DNA of 64,000 nucleotides, from the NCBI GenBank assembly GCA_963820825.1, contig CAWGBN010000006.1:256001-320000 (forward strand). Direction: 5' to 3'. Of the stretch, positions 1-15,169 are shown in pieces. The notes below the pieces were generated by a model. It was not told the origin of the DNA. It saw only the letters and a program-made list of their open reading frames with translations, and did no database searches. The DNA is from Vulcanimicrobiota bacterium (GTDB lineage Bacteria; Vulcanimicrobiota; Vulcanimicrobiia; Vulcanimicrobiales; Vulcanimicrobiaceae). Each line of letters begins with the position of its first letter. Positions within the stretch are counted from its first letter, which is position 1. Position numbers and translations under genes: made by a program.

Positions 1-338
1 AGATGCTCGCTCCACGACGTATCGATCTCGCGAGCGAGCGGCGCCGCGACCAGTGGTGCGCCGAGCGCGCCGGCCTGCGCGAGAATTTCGTCCATCCGCT
101 CGGGCGCCGCCGAGAAGAACGTCGAATCCGCGAGCGCGGCGATCGAGAGCCCGCGGTCGGCGGCCATCTTCTTGACTTGGGCGAGGTAGTCGTCGTCGCT
201 TCGCGGAAAATGGCGCACGTCTAAGACGACGCCGTCGCAAGCGAGCTCGCGAGCGCACAGGTCTAAGAACTCGAGTTGCGTGAGTTCGCCGCGTTCGATA
301 TCGCGGTGAAGCGAACTGCTCGCGCAAGCAAGCTTCAT
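1..338 (-). CDS. Sugar phosphate isomerase/epimerase-like TIM-barrel protein, N-terminal part (runs off window start)
   Basis: Not in the ORF track. My translation from ATG 338: MKLACASSSLHRDIERGELTQLEFLDLCARELACDGVVLDVRHFPRSDDDYLAQVKKMAADRGLSI..., open to the window edge and resembling xylose-isomerase-like TIM-barrel N-termini. Confidence 0.7.
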   Translation of the reverse strand, partial: MKLACASSSLHRDIERGELTQLEFLDLCARELACDGVVLDVRHFPRSDDDYLAQVKKMAADRGLSIAALADSTFFSAAPERMDEILAQAGALGAPLVAAPLAREIDTSWSEH

Positions 339-394
339 CGACGTTCGGCCTTCGACCGCTCGACGCAACTCACCCGTAGGATGGCAATGAGATC

Positions 395-925
395 ATGAGA
401 ATCGCGCTCGGCGCAGATCACGCCGGTTTCGAATATAAGGATCGCATCGGAAGGCTGCTCCGCGATCGGGGTCACGAGGTCCTCGACTTCGGAACGCACG
501 ATCGGACGCCGGTCGATTACCCGCAATACGGTTACGCGGTCGGCGAGGCGGTCGCGACGGGTCAAGCGGAGCGCGGCATCGTCGTCTGCGGCTCGAGCCT
601 CGGCATCGCGATGGCCGCAAATAAGGTACCCGGAGTTCGGTGCGCGCCCGTCGCGGAGCCGTACTCGGTCGAGCTGGCGCGCCGTCACAACGACGCGAAC
701 GTCGTCGCGTTCTCCGAGCGGCTTACCGGCTGGGAGATGATCGAGCGAATGCTCGACGTCTATCTCGAGACGCCGTTCGAGGGCGGCCGTCACGCCGTTC
801 GCACCGAGCAGCTCTTCGAATTCGGCGACGCGCAGCGCGCGCGCACGCTCAAGGATTTGGAGCGCGGCGAAGTCACCGGCGCGCAGACGCCGAAAGAGCT
901 TACCGGCAAACCTAGCGAAGGATAA
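395..925 (+). CDS. rpiB: Ribose-5-phosphate isomerase B
   Basis: MRIALGADHAG, DYP, GIVVCGS, ANKVPGVR, ARRHNDANV and FEGGRH motifs. Confidence 0.95.
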   Translation: MRIALGADHAGFEYKDRIGRLLRDRGHEVLDFGTHDRTPVDYPQYGYAVGEAVATGQAERGIVVCGSSLGIAMAANKVPGVRCAPVAEPYSVELARRHNDANVVAFSERLTGWEMIERMLDVYLETPFEGGRHAVRTEQLFEFGDAQRARTLKDLERGEVTGAQTPKELTGKPSEG

Positions 926-928
926 CGA

Positions 929-2179
929 ATGGACATTCTCGCGCGCAGCGCGATCGAAGCGCAAGACCCGCAGATCTTCGCCGCAATCGCCGGTGAGGAG
1001 CGTCGGCAACGAGAGAACCTGGAACTGATCGCCTCGGAGAATTACGCAAGCCGGGCGGTCCGCGAAGCCATGGGCTGCGTGATGACCAACAAGTACGCCG
1101 AAGGCTATCCCGGAAAGCGCTACTACGGCGGCTGCGAATGGGTTGACGTCGCGGAGACGCTCGCAATCGATCGCTGCAAGCAGCTCTTCGTCGGCCGAGC
1201 ACGCGAACGTCCAACCGCACTCCGGCGCGCAGGCGAACATGGCGGTCTTCATGGCGCTTCTGCAGCCCGGCGATACCGTGCTCGGCATGTCGCTCGCGCA
1301 CGGCGGCCACCTCACCCACGGAACGAAGGTGAGCTTCTCCGGCAAGCTGTACAACGCGATCGCGTACGGCGTGAAGCAGGATACCGAGCTGATCGACTTC
1401 GACGAAGTGCGCGCAAAAGCGCTCGAATACCGCCCCAAGCTCATCGTTGCCGGAGCGAGCGCCTATCCGCGGATCATGGAATACCAACCGTTTCGCGAGA
1501 TCGCCGACGAGGTCGGCGCCGCGCTGATGGTCGATTTCGCGCACGTTGCCGGGACTCGTCGCCACCGGCTTGCATCCCTCGCCCGTGCCGCTTGCCGATT
1601 TCGTCACCTCGACGACGCACAAGACACTGCGCGGTCCGCGCGGCGGCATTCGTTCTCTGCACGCAGCAATGGGCGGCGCCCGTCGACAAGAGCGTCTTTC
1701 CCGGCATCCAAGGCGGTCCGCTCATGCACACGATCGCCGCGAAGGCGGTCGGCTTCAACGAAGCGCTGCAGCCCGAGTTTACCGCGTACCAGCGTCAAGT
1801 CGTCGAGAATGCGCGGGCGATGGCCGACGAGTTCGTCAAGGCCGGCTTGCGGCTCGTCGCCGGCGGGACCGATACGCATCTGATGCTGGTCGACGTCTCG
1901 GTAAAGGGACTCACCGGTAAGGCGGTCGAGGCCTACCTCGACGAGATCGGTATCACCGTCAACAAGAACGCGATTCCCTTCGACAAGCAGAAGCCGATGG
2001 TCGCCAGCGGCATCCGCATCGGCACGCCGGCGATCACCTCGCGCGGTCTGGGCGCCGAGGAGTGCCGCGAGATCGCGCGCATCGTCTGCGACGGATTGGC
2101 GGATATCGAGCAGCGCGGCGCGATCGAGCGCTTGCGCGGCCGCGTCCGCGAGCTCACCTCGCGCTTCGACGTGCCCTAA
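929..2179 (+). CDS. glyA: Serine hydroxymethyltransferase (about three apparent 1-nt frameshifts near 1193, 1552 and 1647)
   Basis: [56 protein letters not shown] and SGIRIGTPA motifs spread over three frames. Confidence 0.95.
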   Translation: MDILARSAIEAQDPQIFAAIAGEERRQRENLELIASENYASRAVREAMGCVMTNKYAEGYPGKRYYGGCEWVDVAETLAIDRCKQLFVGRARERPTALRRAGEHGGLHGASAARRYRARHVARARRPPHPRNEGELLRQAVQRDRVRREAGYRADRLRRSARKSARIPPQAHRCRSERLSADHGIPTVSRDRRRGRRRADGRFRARCRDSSPPACIPRPCRLPISSPRRRTRHCAVRAAAFVLCTQQWAAPVDKSVFPGIQGGPLMHTIAAKAVGFNEALQPEFTAYQRQVVENARAMADEFVKAGLRLVAGGTDTHLMLVDVSVKGLTGKAVEAYLDEIGITVNKNAIPFDKQKPMVASGIRIGTPAITSRGLGAEECREIARIVCDGLADIEQRGAIERLRGRVRELTSRFDVP

Positions 2180-2189
2180 GCCGAAAGCA

Positions 2190-2446
2190 TCACTGCGCCG
2201 CCGGCAGCGGCAGTATTTCGTCGACGGAGAGAGCGACGTCGGGAAACGCAATCGGGGAGATCGATTCGCCGCGGCGGTAGCCTCTGGTCGAGCCGCAGCT
2301 CAACTCGTTTGGCTCCGATGCACGACGATCTCGTCGTCGACGAGGTTGACCGGCCGGACGGGATCGAAGACTCCGGCTTCGACCATTCGATGGTATTCAT
2401 CGATCGTGACGCGATGCCGTTCGTAGATGGTTGCCATATCACTCAT
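2190..2446 (-). pseudogene. Internally deleted Uma2/DUF820-family endonuclease remnant
   Basis: N-terminus MATIYERHRVTIDEYHRMVEAGVFDP joins directly to C-terminal-type VNLVDDEIVVHRS...YRRGESISPIAFPDVALSVDEIL. The central core is missing and there is one frameshift. Confidence 0.7.
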
Positions 2447-2556
2447 GGTAGCCTAGCTTTCTCGGATAGCGGCTTCGTCGCCGCGAAGTGACCGTCTTGC
2501 TGCCGCCTGAGTACGTTTGCGAAGGTCGGGAAGCCGGTCGCACTAAAGAGCCCGTC

Positions 2557-2994
2557 ATGCGCCCCGGTTGGGACGAATACTTCATGCAGATCGCACGCAC
2601 CGTCGGAACGCGAGCGACGTGTCCGCGCGCCGCGGTCGGTTGCGTGCTCGTCCGCGACCATCGAATCCTAACGACCGGCTACAACGGCGCGCCGCGCGGC
2701 GTCGCGCATTGTACCGAGGTGGGATGCACGCTGGTCAACGAACACTGTCTGCGTGCGACGCACGCCGAGGCGAATGCCGTGGTTCAAGGCGCGCTGCACG
2801 GCGTTAGCCTGCAGCAGGCGACCGCGTATTGCACCCATCAGCCCTGTGTCAACTGCTCGAAGCTGCTCATCAGTGCCGGCGTGAGCAAGATCGTCTACGA
2901 CGAGGCCTATCCCGACGCGATTGCGAGCCAGTTGCTCGCCGAAGCCGGCGTCGCGCTCGTCGCATACGCGACGCTCGAAGGGGCGCGGGGATGA
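2557..2994 (+). CDS. Deoxycytidylate deaminase (ComEB/dCMP deaminase family)
   Basis: RPGWDEYFM, TGYNGAP, HAEANA and PCVNC zinc motifs. Start moved to ATG 2557. Confidence 0.92.
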   Translation: MRPGWDEYFMQIARTVGTRATCPRAAVGCVLVRDHRILTTGYNGAPRGVAHCTEVGCTLVNEHCLRATHAEANAVVQGALHGVSLQQATAYCTHQPCVNCSKLLISAGVSKIVYDEAYPDAIASQLLAEAGVALVAYATLEGARG

Positions 2995-4040
2995 GCGTGC
3001 ATCACGTGAGCCCGAGCATCGTCTATGGCGCGACCTTCGTCATCGCCGGCGTCGTGAGCGGCTTGGCGACGCCGCTCGTCGTTCGTTTGGCGAACCGTCT
3101 GGGAATCGTGGACAACATCGGCGAGGACCGGCGCATGCACGACTCGCCGAAGCCGCGGGTCGGCGGCATCGCGGTCTTCTTCGGCTTTGCCTTCGCGCTC
3201 TTTACGGTGCTCGGCGTGACGCTCGCCTCGGGTTTCGGGCTTCTGCCGGCAACGGATCAGTTCGATGCCGCGCACCGGCTCGTAGGCCTGCTCTTCGGCA
3301 GCCTGCTCATTCTGGGCGTCGGCATCTGGGACGACGTGATGCAGATGCGTCCGCGCAACAAGCTCGTAGCGCAGCTCGTCGTCGCTTTGGTTTCAATGCT
3401 TTACGGCTTCGTCATTCCGGGGATCAACAATCCGTTCGACCACAATCCGGGAACGAACTGGATCGACTTTCCGATCTGGCTCTCGATCCCGGTGACGCTG
3501 CTCTGGTACGTCGGGATGATGAACGCGATCAACTTCCTCGACGGCCTCGACGGGCTGCTCGCAGGCGTATCCGCGATCTCGAGCCTCTTCTTGTTCGTGA
3601 TCTCGATCCTGCACGGCAACCCGGTCGTCGCACTGGTGGTGGTGGCGCTCGCCGGCTCCGCGCTCGGCTTTCTGCCGTATAACTTCAATCCGGCGCGGAT
3701 CATTCTCGGCGATGCCGGCTCGCTCTTCATCGGCTACGTCTTCGCGACCGTCTCGATCATCGGCGCGAGCAAGACCGCGATCGCGATCAGCGTCGTCGTT
3801 CCGCTGCTAGTCTTAGCGTTGCCGGTGCTCGACACCGCCGCCGCGATCGTTCGCCGCGCGAGCAGCGGCAAGCGAATCACCGAAGCCGACCGCGGCCACT
3901 TTCACCATCAGCTCATCTTCCGGTTCGGTCTGAACGTGCGTCAGGCGGTCTTGCTGCTCTACGCCGTCTGCTTCGTGCTCGGTGCGGTCGCGTTGGCCTT
4001 TTCGGGCGAGTTCACGCACGTCTTCCGTCACGCGACGTAG
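2991..4040 (+). CDS. Undecaprenyl-phosphate GlcNAc-1-phosphate transferase (TagO/WecA, MraY/GT4 family)
   Basis: PRVGGIAV, GIWDD, NAINFLDGLDGL, YNFNPARIILGDAGS and DRGHFHH motifs, many TM segments. Confidence 0.92.
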   Translation: MSVHHVSPSIVYGATFVIAGVVSGLATPLVVRLANRLGIVDNIGEDRRMHDSPKPRVGGIAVFFGFAFALFTVLGVTLASGFGLLPATDQFDAAHRLVGLLFGSLLILGVGIWDDVMQMRPRNKLVAQLVVALVSMLYGFVIPGINNPFDHNPGTNWIDFPIWLSIPVTLLWYVGMMNAINFLDGLDGLLAGVSAISSLFLFVISILHGNPVVALVVVALAGSALGFLPYNFNPARIILGDAGSLFIGYVFATVSIIGASKTAIAISVVVPLLVLALPVLDTAAAIVRRASSGKRITEADRGHFHHQLIFRFGLNVRQAVLLLYAVCFVLGAVALAFSGEFTHVFRHAT

Positions 4041-4049
4041 CATAGCGCG

Positions 4050-5225
4050 ATGGGCAGATTGAAGGTCATAAGCGTCTTCGGGACGCGTCCCGATACCATC
4101 AAGATGGCGCCCGTGGTTCGGGCGCTGCGCGCGCACCCCGAGATCGACGACCTCGTCTGCGTTACGGCCCAGCATCGAAAAATGCTCGACGACCTGCTCG
4201 CGCTCTTTGGCATCGCGCCGCAGTACGACCTCGACGTGATGAGCGAGGATCAAACGCTGACCGAGGTGACGACTCGCGTGCTGATCGGAATGGAGCGGGT
4301 CTTGATCGAGGCTCGTCCGGAGGTCGTGCTCGTGCACGGCGATACCACGACGAGCACCGCCGCGGCGCTCGCGGCATTCTATCAGCAGATTCCGGCCGGT
4401 CACGTCGAGGCGGGTCTGCGGACGCAGAATCGCTGGCTGCCCTACCCCGAGGAGATGAACCGCCGGCTGACGGCGGCGATTGCGTCGTATCACTTTGCGC
4501 CGACGGCGCTCGCGCGCGAGCACCTGCTGCAGGAGCACGTCGCACCGCAGGACATCGTCATTACCGGCAACACCGTCATCGACGCCTTTGCGGAGACGGC
4601 CGCGCGCTCCGACCTTCCGGTTCCACCGCGATGGAACGACGTCGACCCGCAGCGGCCCGCAATCGTCGTCACCGCACACCGGCGCGAGAACCATCCGTTC
4701 ATGCAAGAGATCTGCGAGGCGCTGCGCGAGATCGCGCAGCTGCCGGCTCGGCCGCAGATCTATTGGCCGGTGCATCCCTCGCCGCGCGTCGCGCCGGTGG
4801 CGCACGCCGTGCTCGACGGAGTTCCCGGCGTCGTCTTGGTCGATCCGATCGATTACGCACAGATGGTCGCCGCCGTCAAGGGTTCGTCGTTCGTCCTCAC
4901 CGATTCGGGCGGGCTTCAAGAGGAGGCGCCCTGTCTCGGTAAACCGGTGCTCGTGATGCGCGACGAAACGGAGCGCCCCGAGGGCCTGGCCGCCGGAACG
5001 CTCGAGCTCGTCGGTCACGAGCGCGAACGGATCGTCGGCGCGGCTCGCCGGCTCCTCGACGACCCCACCGCATACGCGCAGATGGCGCAGGCCGTCAATC
5101 CGTATGGCGACGGTCGTGCCGGCGTGAGGATCGCGGCCTGGCTTGCCGCGCGACTGCGCGGCGGCGCCTACCCGGCACCATTCAGCGGCGAGCAGCCCGC
5201 CGAGAGTGCGCCCGTCGGCCGATGA
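4050..5225 (+). CDS. wecB: UDP-N-acetylglucosamine 2-epimerase (non-hydrolysing)
   Basis: FGTRP, VHGDTT, HVEAGLRT, PEEMNR, TDSGGLQEEAP and NPYGDG motifs. Confidence 0.95.
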   Translation: MGRLKVISVFGTRPDTIKMAPVVRALRAHPEIDDLVCVTAQHRKMLDDLLALFGIAPQYDLDVMSEDQTLTEVTTRVLIGMERVLIEARPEVVLVHGDTTTSTAAALAAFYQQIPAGHVEAGLRTQNRWLPYPEEMNRRLTAAIASYHFAPTALAREHLLQEHVAPQDIVITGNTVIDAFAETAARSDLPVPPRWNDVDPQRPAIVVTAHRRENHPFMQEICEALREIAQLPARPQIYWPVHPSPRVAPVAHAVLDGVPGVVLVDPIDYAQMVAAVKGSSFVLTDSGGLQEEAPCLGKPVLVMRDETERPEGLAAGTLELVGHERERIVGAARRLLDDPTAYAQMAQAVNPYGDGRAGVRIAAWLAARLRGGAYPAPFSGEQPAESAPVGR

Positions 5226-5407
5226 AGCCGCTGCTGCCGGTCTTGGTCGCGGGCACGACCTTCGCCGGAGCGACGCTGGCCGGGCTCTTCGTCGGAGTCT
5301 GGATCTCCGGGCGCACGGGGCAACCGCTCTGGGTGCTCGGCGGACTCGCCGGCGGCTTGTGCCTGGGCGGCTACGCCGCTTTTCGCTTGCTGATCCAATC
5401 CGTCTAG
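5222..5407 (+). CDS. AtpZ/AtpI-family small membrane protein
   Basis: 61 aa with two TM helices, at the head of the atp operon. Confidence 0.7.
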   Translation: MKPLLPVLVAGTTFAGATLAGLFVGVWISGRTGQPLWVLGGLAGGLCLGGYAAFRLLIQSV

Positions 5408-5836
5408 TTGCTCGTGCAGGAGGAAAAGGGCGGCGGGCGTAGCTACAGCGTCGCCGAGGCGGCGGCGGATCTCGAGGTTTATCGCAGGCTCAAACGGACC
5501 AGCATGATCGGATCCCTCGCGATCGTGGCCGCAGCGTCGCTCTTGACCGTTCGTTGGCTTCCGCATCCGGCACTCGCACTGGCAGCCGGCGGGCTCGCTG
5601 GAGTGCTCAACGCCCGGCTTACCGCGCGCAGCGGCGAATGGTTACTCGACACCCGCAGCGTGGGGCTCTTCGTCTTAAGTAGTTTCCTGCGAATCGGGGT
5701 CTTCGGTATAGTCCCGGTGGCGTTTGCGGCGCTTGGCCCCTGGTGGTCGATGGCGTGGTACTTCGCCGGTTTTTTTCTCCCGCTGGCGATGTTTGCACTT
5801 GGCGCTGCACGAAATGGGGGGGCCCGTCGAGCGTAG
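5408..5836 (+). CDS. atpI: ATP synthase subunit I-like membrane protein
   Basis: Four hydrophobic segments, directly upstream of atpB. Start uncertain. Confidence 0.65.
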   Translation: MLVQEEKGGGRSYSVAEAAADLEVYRRLKRTSMIGSLAIVAAASLLTVRWLPHPALALAAGGLAGVLNARLTARSGEWLLDTRSVGLFVLSSFLRIGVFGIVPVAFAALGPWWSMAWYFAGFFLPLAMFALGAARNGGARRA

Positions 5837-5875
5837 TTCGATGGGGGCGCACGGTACGACGTACGGAGTGCTATT

Positions 5876-6607
5876 TTGAACGAAAAACTCGGGGAGCACA
5901 TCCTGTGGCACCTTCCGGTGCTCGGTGCCGTGCATGCCGACACGATCGTGACGACGTGGATCGTCATGGCGTTGGCGTTGGCGTTCTTCGCGTGGATCGG
6001 AGCCAGCTATCGTTCGGCGTACCAAACGAAGCGGCAGATCGTTGTCGAAGGCGTCGTCAACTATATCGCCGATCTGGCGACGAGCACGTTAGGGCCGCGC
6101 GGCGAGCCGTTCGTCCCGTTCTTCATAGCCCTTTTCGTCTTCATCTTCTTGCTCAACCAGTTCGGCATGCTGCCGTTCAAGCCGCTCGGACTGCCGTTCG
6201 GCGGATCGCCGACGGCCGATCTCAACACGACGGTGCCTCTGGCGTTGCTGGTCTTCTTCATGACGTGGATCGTCGGATTCCGTTTCAACGGCATCAAACA
6301 GTTCGCGCATTTGGCAAAACCCAATCCGCTGCTGTTGCCGTTCAACCTGCTCGACGAGCTCGTCCGTCCGGTCACGCTGGCCGCGCGGCTGTTCTTCAAC
6401 ATCTTCGTCGGCGAGCTGCTCTTTGTCATCGTAGCGTCGATCGTCGTCGCGCACGTCATGATCGGCCCGGTCAACCTATCGCTGGCGGTAACGATCGTGC
6501 CGTTCTTTATCCAGTTTTTCAACTTCTTCGTCGGTACCGTCCAAGCGTTCGTCTTCACTCTGTTGGCGATCGTCTATCTCTCGCTCGCGATCGGCGAAAG
6601 TCATTAA
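5876..6607 (+). CDS. atpB: F0 ATP synthase subunit a
   Basis: SPTADLNTT, RPVTLAARLFFNI (conserved Arg) and QAFVFTLL motifs. Confidence 0.95.
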   Translation: MNEKLGEHILWHLPVLGAVHADTIVTTWIVMALALAFFAWIGASYRSAYQTKRQIVVEGVVNYIADLATSTLGPRGEPFVPFFIALFVFIFLLNQFGMLPFKPLGLPFGGSPTADLNTTVPLALLVFFMTWIVGFRFNGIKQFAHLAKPNPLLLPFNLLDELVRPVTLAARLFFNIFVGELLFVIVASIVVAHVMIGPVNLSLAVTIVPFFIQFFNFFVGTVQAFVFTLLAIVYLSLAIGESH

Positions 6608-6622
6608 GGAAAGGTTACGTTC

Positions 6623-6904
6623 TTGACTTCTGAAGCGTTGGTAGCCGCATTTACCTTACTCGCGTTTGGCATCATCGTTGCCGGCGTCGCGTTCGGCTCC
6701 GCAGTGGGCGACGGTATCGTTGCCAGCAAAGCCGTCGAGGCAATTTCCCGTCAACCCGAAGCGCGGCCGAACATCATGACCTTCATGTTTCTGGGCGTCG
6801 GCGTGCTGGAAGCGTTCCCGATCATCGGCTTGGGTCTTGCGTTTTACATGCTGCTGGTCGTGGCAAACGTTCCCGCGATGCTGACGAAGATGGCGGGCCA
6901 CTAA
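6623..6904 (+). CDS. atpE: F0 ATP synthase subunit c
   Basis: RQPEA loop and LEAFP carboxylate. TTG start after AAGGAAAGG. Confidence 0.95.
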   Translation: MTSEALVAAFTLLAFGIIVAGVAFGSAVGDGIVASKAVEAISRQPEARPNIMTFMFLGVGVLEAFPIIGLGLAFYMLLVVANVPAMLTKMAGH

Positions 6905-6911
6905 GCGTTCC

Positions 6912-7343
6912 ATGTTCCTTTCGCTCGACGGCACGTTCTTCGTCCAGCTCTTGAACTTCGCGATTTTCTTCGCGGTGCTCAACGTCGTCTTCTTGCGTCC
7001 GGTGAGCCGGGCGATCGTCAAGCGGCGCGAGTACATCAATAGCGTGGTCGCCGATTACGATACGTATCAAGCGCAGGCAAAAGCCTTACGCGACCAAGAC
7101 GAGCGTCTGCGCGCCGAGGCTCGGCGAGAGGCCGAACAGGCGATTGCGAAGGCACGCGCCGAGGCGTCGAACGAGACGGCCAGACTCGCGGCCGAATATG
7201 CCGGGCGGGTGCAAGCAACGATCGAAGAAGCCCAGCGTGAAGTAGCGCAGGAGCTTGGTGCGGCGCGCGCCGGCGAGGAGCGCATCGTCGCCGCGCTCTC
7301 CGATCTCATGGTCGAGCGCGCCCTCAGCGAGCCCGTACGGTGA
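6912..7343 (+). CDS. F0 ATP synthase subunit b'
   Basis: LDGTFFVQLLNFAIFF N-terminal TM followed by coiled coil. Confidence 0.85.
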   Translation: MFLSLDGTFFVQLLNFAIFFAVLNVVFLRPVSRAIVKRREYINSVVADYDTYQAQAKALRDQDERLRAEARREAEQAIAKARAEASNETARLAAEYAGRVQATIEEAQREVAQELGAARAGEERIVAALSDLMVERALSEPVR

Positions 7344-7834
7344 GCGAAGCCCGGTTCTACGTCCACGTCGCGTTGTGGAGCCAGGTCGCGGCGTCGATTC
7401 TGTTCGTCGCGGTGCTCGTCTGGTTGTGGGTACGCTTCATTCAACCGGCGATTCTCGCCGCACAAGATCGAGCGAACAAGCAGATCGCCGAAGCCGAGCG
7501 TCATCGAGATGAAGCCAACGCGATGCTCGATTTACTGCAAGGCCAGCTGAGCGGCGCCGCTCGCGACGCCGACGCGATCAAGGATCGCGCCAAGGCCCAA
7601 GCCGAGCGAGAGTACGAGGCTGCCGTCGCCGAAGCCAAGGAGGCCGGCGAGCGTGCTCTAGCGAGCGCGAGCGGAGAGTTGCCCCGCGCCCGCTCCGCGG
7701 CTCGCGAACGGCTGCGCGTCGAGCTGCTCGACAAAGCGCTGGCGCGCGCGCGCAGCGATGCGAAAGGTCGCGTCGACGCCGGTACCAATACGCGATTGGT
7801 CGATCAGTTCTTGGCGTCGCTGGAGCGTCGCTGA
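7340..7834 (+). CDS. atpF: F0 ATP synthase subunit b
   Basis: N-terminal TM plus Ala/Glu/Arg-rich coiled coil, operon position. Confidence 0.85.
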   Translation: MSEARFYVHVALWSQVAASILFVAVLVWLWVRFIQPAILAAQDRANKQIAEAERHRDEANAMLDLLQGQLSGAARDADAIKDRAKAQAEREYEAAVAEAKEAGERALASASGELPRARSAARERLRVELLDKALARARSDAKGRVDAGTNTRLVDQFLASLERR

Positions 7835-8376
7835 TGGTAAACGAAACGCTCGCGCGCCGCTACGCCGCCGCGATTTTTTCGCTGGCGACCGAACAGAACG
7901 CCGTCGACCGGATCGGTACCGACTTGCAAGCGATTGCGTCGTCGATCGAGGGCGATGCCCTGGCGCATCAGTTCTTCGTAGCCCCGGTCATCGCGCGCGA
8001 GACCAAGGAACGGGTTCTCACCGCCGCTTTCGGAAGCCGCGTTCACGAAGTAGCGCTGCACGCCGTTCTGCTCCTGGTCCGCAAGCGCCGCGAAACGCTG
8101 TTGCCGACGATCGTCTCGGAGTACCGGAAGCTGCAGCTCGCGTCGCGCGGCGCCGAGGTGCTGACGCTGACGTCGGCACGCGAGCTGGATTTGCGCGAAC
8201 TGCGCTCGATGGTCGAGCGCTTGGAAAAGTTGTACGACAAAAAGTTCGAAGTCAAGCAGGTCGTCGATCCCGAGTTGATCGGCGGCGTGCGCATTTTGAT
8301 GGGTGACCGTCGCGTCGACGGTACGGTCTCGGGCCGTTTAGAGGCTCTCGCTAGAACGCTATTCGCCACCAACTAG
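7834..8376 (+). CDS. atpH: F1 ATP synthase subunit delta
   Basis: ARRYAAAIF and [22 protein letters not shown] motifs. Confidence 0.93.
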   Translation: MVNETLARRYAAAIFSLATEQNAVDRIGTDLQAIASSIEGDALAHQFFVAPVIARETKERVLTAAFGSRVHEVALHAVLLLVRKRRETLLPTIVSEYRKLQLASRGAEVLTLTSARELDLRELRSMVERLEKLYDKKFEVKQVVDPELIGGVRILMGDRRVDGTVSGRLEALARTLFATN

Positions 8377-8386
8377 GACGAAACGA

Positions 8387-9890
<1,504 letters not shown>

Positions 9891-9891
9891 C

Positions 9892-12732
<2,841 letters not shown>

Positions 12733-12788
12733 CGCGACCGGTCGGCAGTAGGCGAGCGGAGCGCCTACGCGAACGGTAAACGGAGTAT

Positions 12789-14141
12789 ATGCTCGATCGG
12801 CTTGAGACGACGCTGCGGATACGCGGCGGCGTGCGCTTGGAGGGTTCGGTGACTACGCACGGCGCGAAGAACGCCGCGTTGCCGATCATGGCCGCGTCGC
12901 TGCTCGCCAAGGGCACCGTCACGCTCCATCGCGTGCCGCGCATCACCGACGTATCGGTGATGTCGTCGCTGCTCGAAGCGCTCGGCGCGCGCATTCGCTA
13001 CGAAGGCGATAACACGCTGACGATCGATGCGAGCAACGTCGCGACCTACCGGGCACCCTACGCGCTGGTTCGCAAACTCGCCGCGTCGTTTGACGTGGTC
13101 GGCTCGCTCTTAGGACGCTTCGGCCGGGCCGAGGTGCCTTTGCCCGGCGGCTGCGTGCTCGGCACCCGGGCGACCGATATGCACGAGCAAGCCTTCGTCG
13201 CACTCGGTTGCGACGTACACAACGCGCACGGATACTTGATCGCACAGTCGCGCGGCCCGCAGTTGCGCGGCGCCGAGGTAGAGTTTCGCATGCCGAGCGT
13301 CGGCGCGACGAAGAACGCGATGCTCGCCGCCATGCTCGCCGATGGAGCGACGCGGTTGAATAACGTCGCGATGGAACCCGAAGTCGTCGACCTGGCAAAC
13401 TTCCTCGCGGCGATGGGCGCGAAAATATCCGGCCAGGGAACCGATACGATTCTCATCGAGGGCGTCCGCGAGCTGCACGGCGTCGAGTACGAGATCATCC
13501 CCGACCGCATCGTCACCGGAACGCTCTTGCTCGCCGGCGCGGTGACGCGCGGCGACGTGACCGTCAAAGCCTGCCGTCCGGACCATCTCAACGCGCTGAC
13601 CGATAAGCTGGTCGAGTGCGGCGTCACGACGATGACCGGCGACGATTGGATTCGCGTAAAGGCCGACGGGATCACCGGCGGCACCGATATTCTCACCGCT
13701 CCCTATCCGGGTTTCCCAACCGATTTGCAGCCGCAGGTGGTAGGCTTTCTCTGCACCTGTCCCGGCACCAGCATCGTCGAGGAGTCGATCTTCAACGCGC
13801 GCTTCTCATACGTGAACGAACTCGCGCGCATGGGAGCGGACGTCAAGGTGACGATGGAGAGCAACGCAGCCGTCATCAAAGGACCTAAGCAGCTCTCGGG
13901 AGCGCCCGTCGAAGCGCCCGACATTCGCGCCGGGGCCGGTCTGGTGATCGCCGGCCTGGCTGCCGTCGGCGAGACCGAGATCATCGGCCTTGAGTATATC
14001 GATCGCGGTTACGAGCGTCTCGAAGAGTTGCTCTCGGAGCTCGGCGGCCAGGTGCAGCGCAGCAGCGGCGTCACCCCGCTCGTCGAGCCGACGGGATTAT
14101 TCGAGACGAGCGAGTATCCTCGCGTCTCCGCAACTGGATAG
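12789..14141 (+). CDS. murA: UDP-N-acetylglucosamine 1-carboxyvinyltransferase
   Basis: GAKNAALP, LPGGCVLG, SVGAT, PYPGFPTDLQ, DIRAG and IDRGYE motifs. Confidence 0.96.
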   Translation: MLDRLETTLRIRGGVRLEGSVTTHGAKNAALPIMAASLLAKGTVTLHRVPRITDVSVMSSLLEALGARIRYEGDNTLTIDASNVATYRAPYALVRKLAASFDVVGSLLGRFGRAEVPLPGGCVLGTRATDMHEQAFVALGCDVHNAHGYLIAQSRGPQLRGAEVEFRMPSVGATKNAMLAAMLADGATRLNNVAMEPEVVDLANFLAAMGAKISGQGTDTILIEGVRELHGVEYEIIPDRIVTGTLLLAGAVTRGDVTVKACRPDHLNALTDKLVECGVTTMTGDDWIRVKADGITGGTDILTAPYPGFPTDLQPQVVGFLCTCPGTSIVEESIFNARFSYVNELARMGADVKVTMESNAAVIKGPKQLSGAPVEAPDIRAGAGLVIAGLAAVGETEIIGLEYIDRGYERLEELLSELGGQVQRSSGVTPLVEPTGLFETSEYPRVSATG

Positions 14142-14159
14142 ATTTCAAACTCCGGATGA

Positions 14160-15152
<993 letters not shown>

Positions 15153-15169
15153 CCATGGCGCCGTAACGG

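Noticed and set aside
349..386. Degenerate copy of the palindromic repeat (CCTTCGAC-N21-AGGATGGCA) before rpiB
   Set aside because: The ends and spacing match the reverse complement of the 25614 copy, but the middle does not and TAGGAT is a plausible -10 box. Too weak to call.
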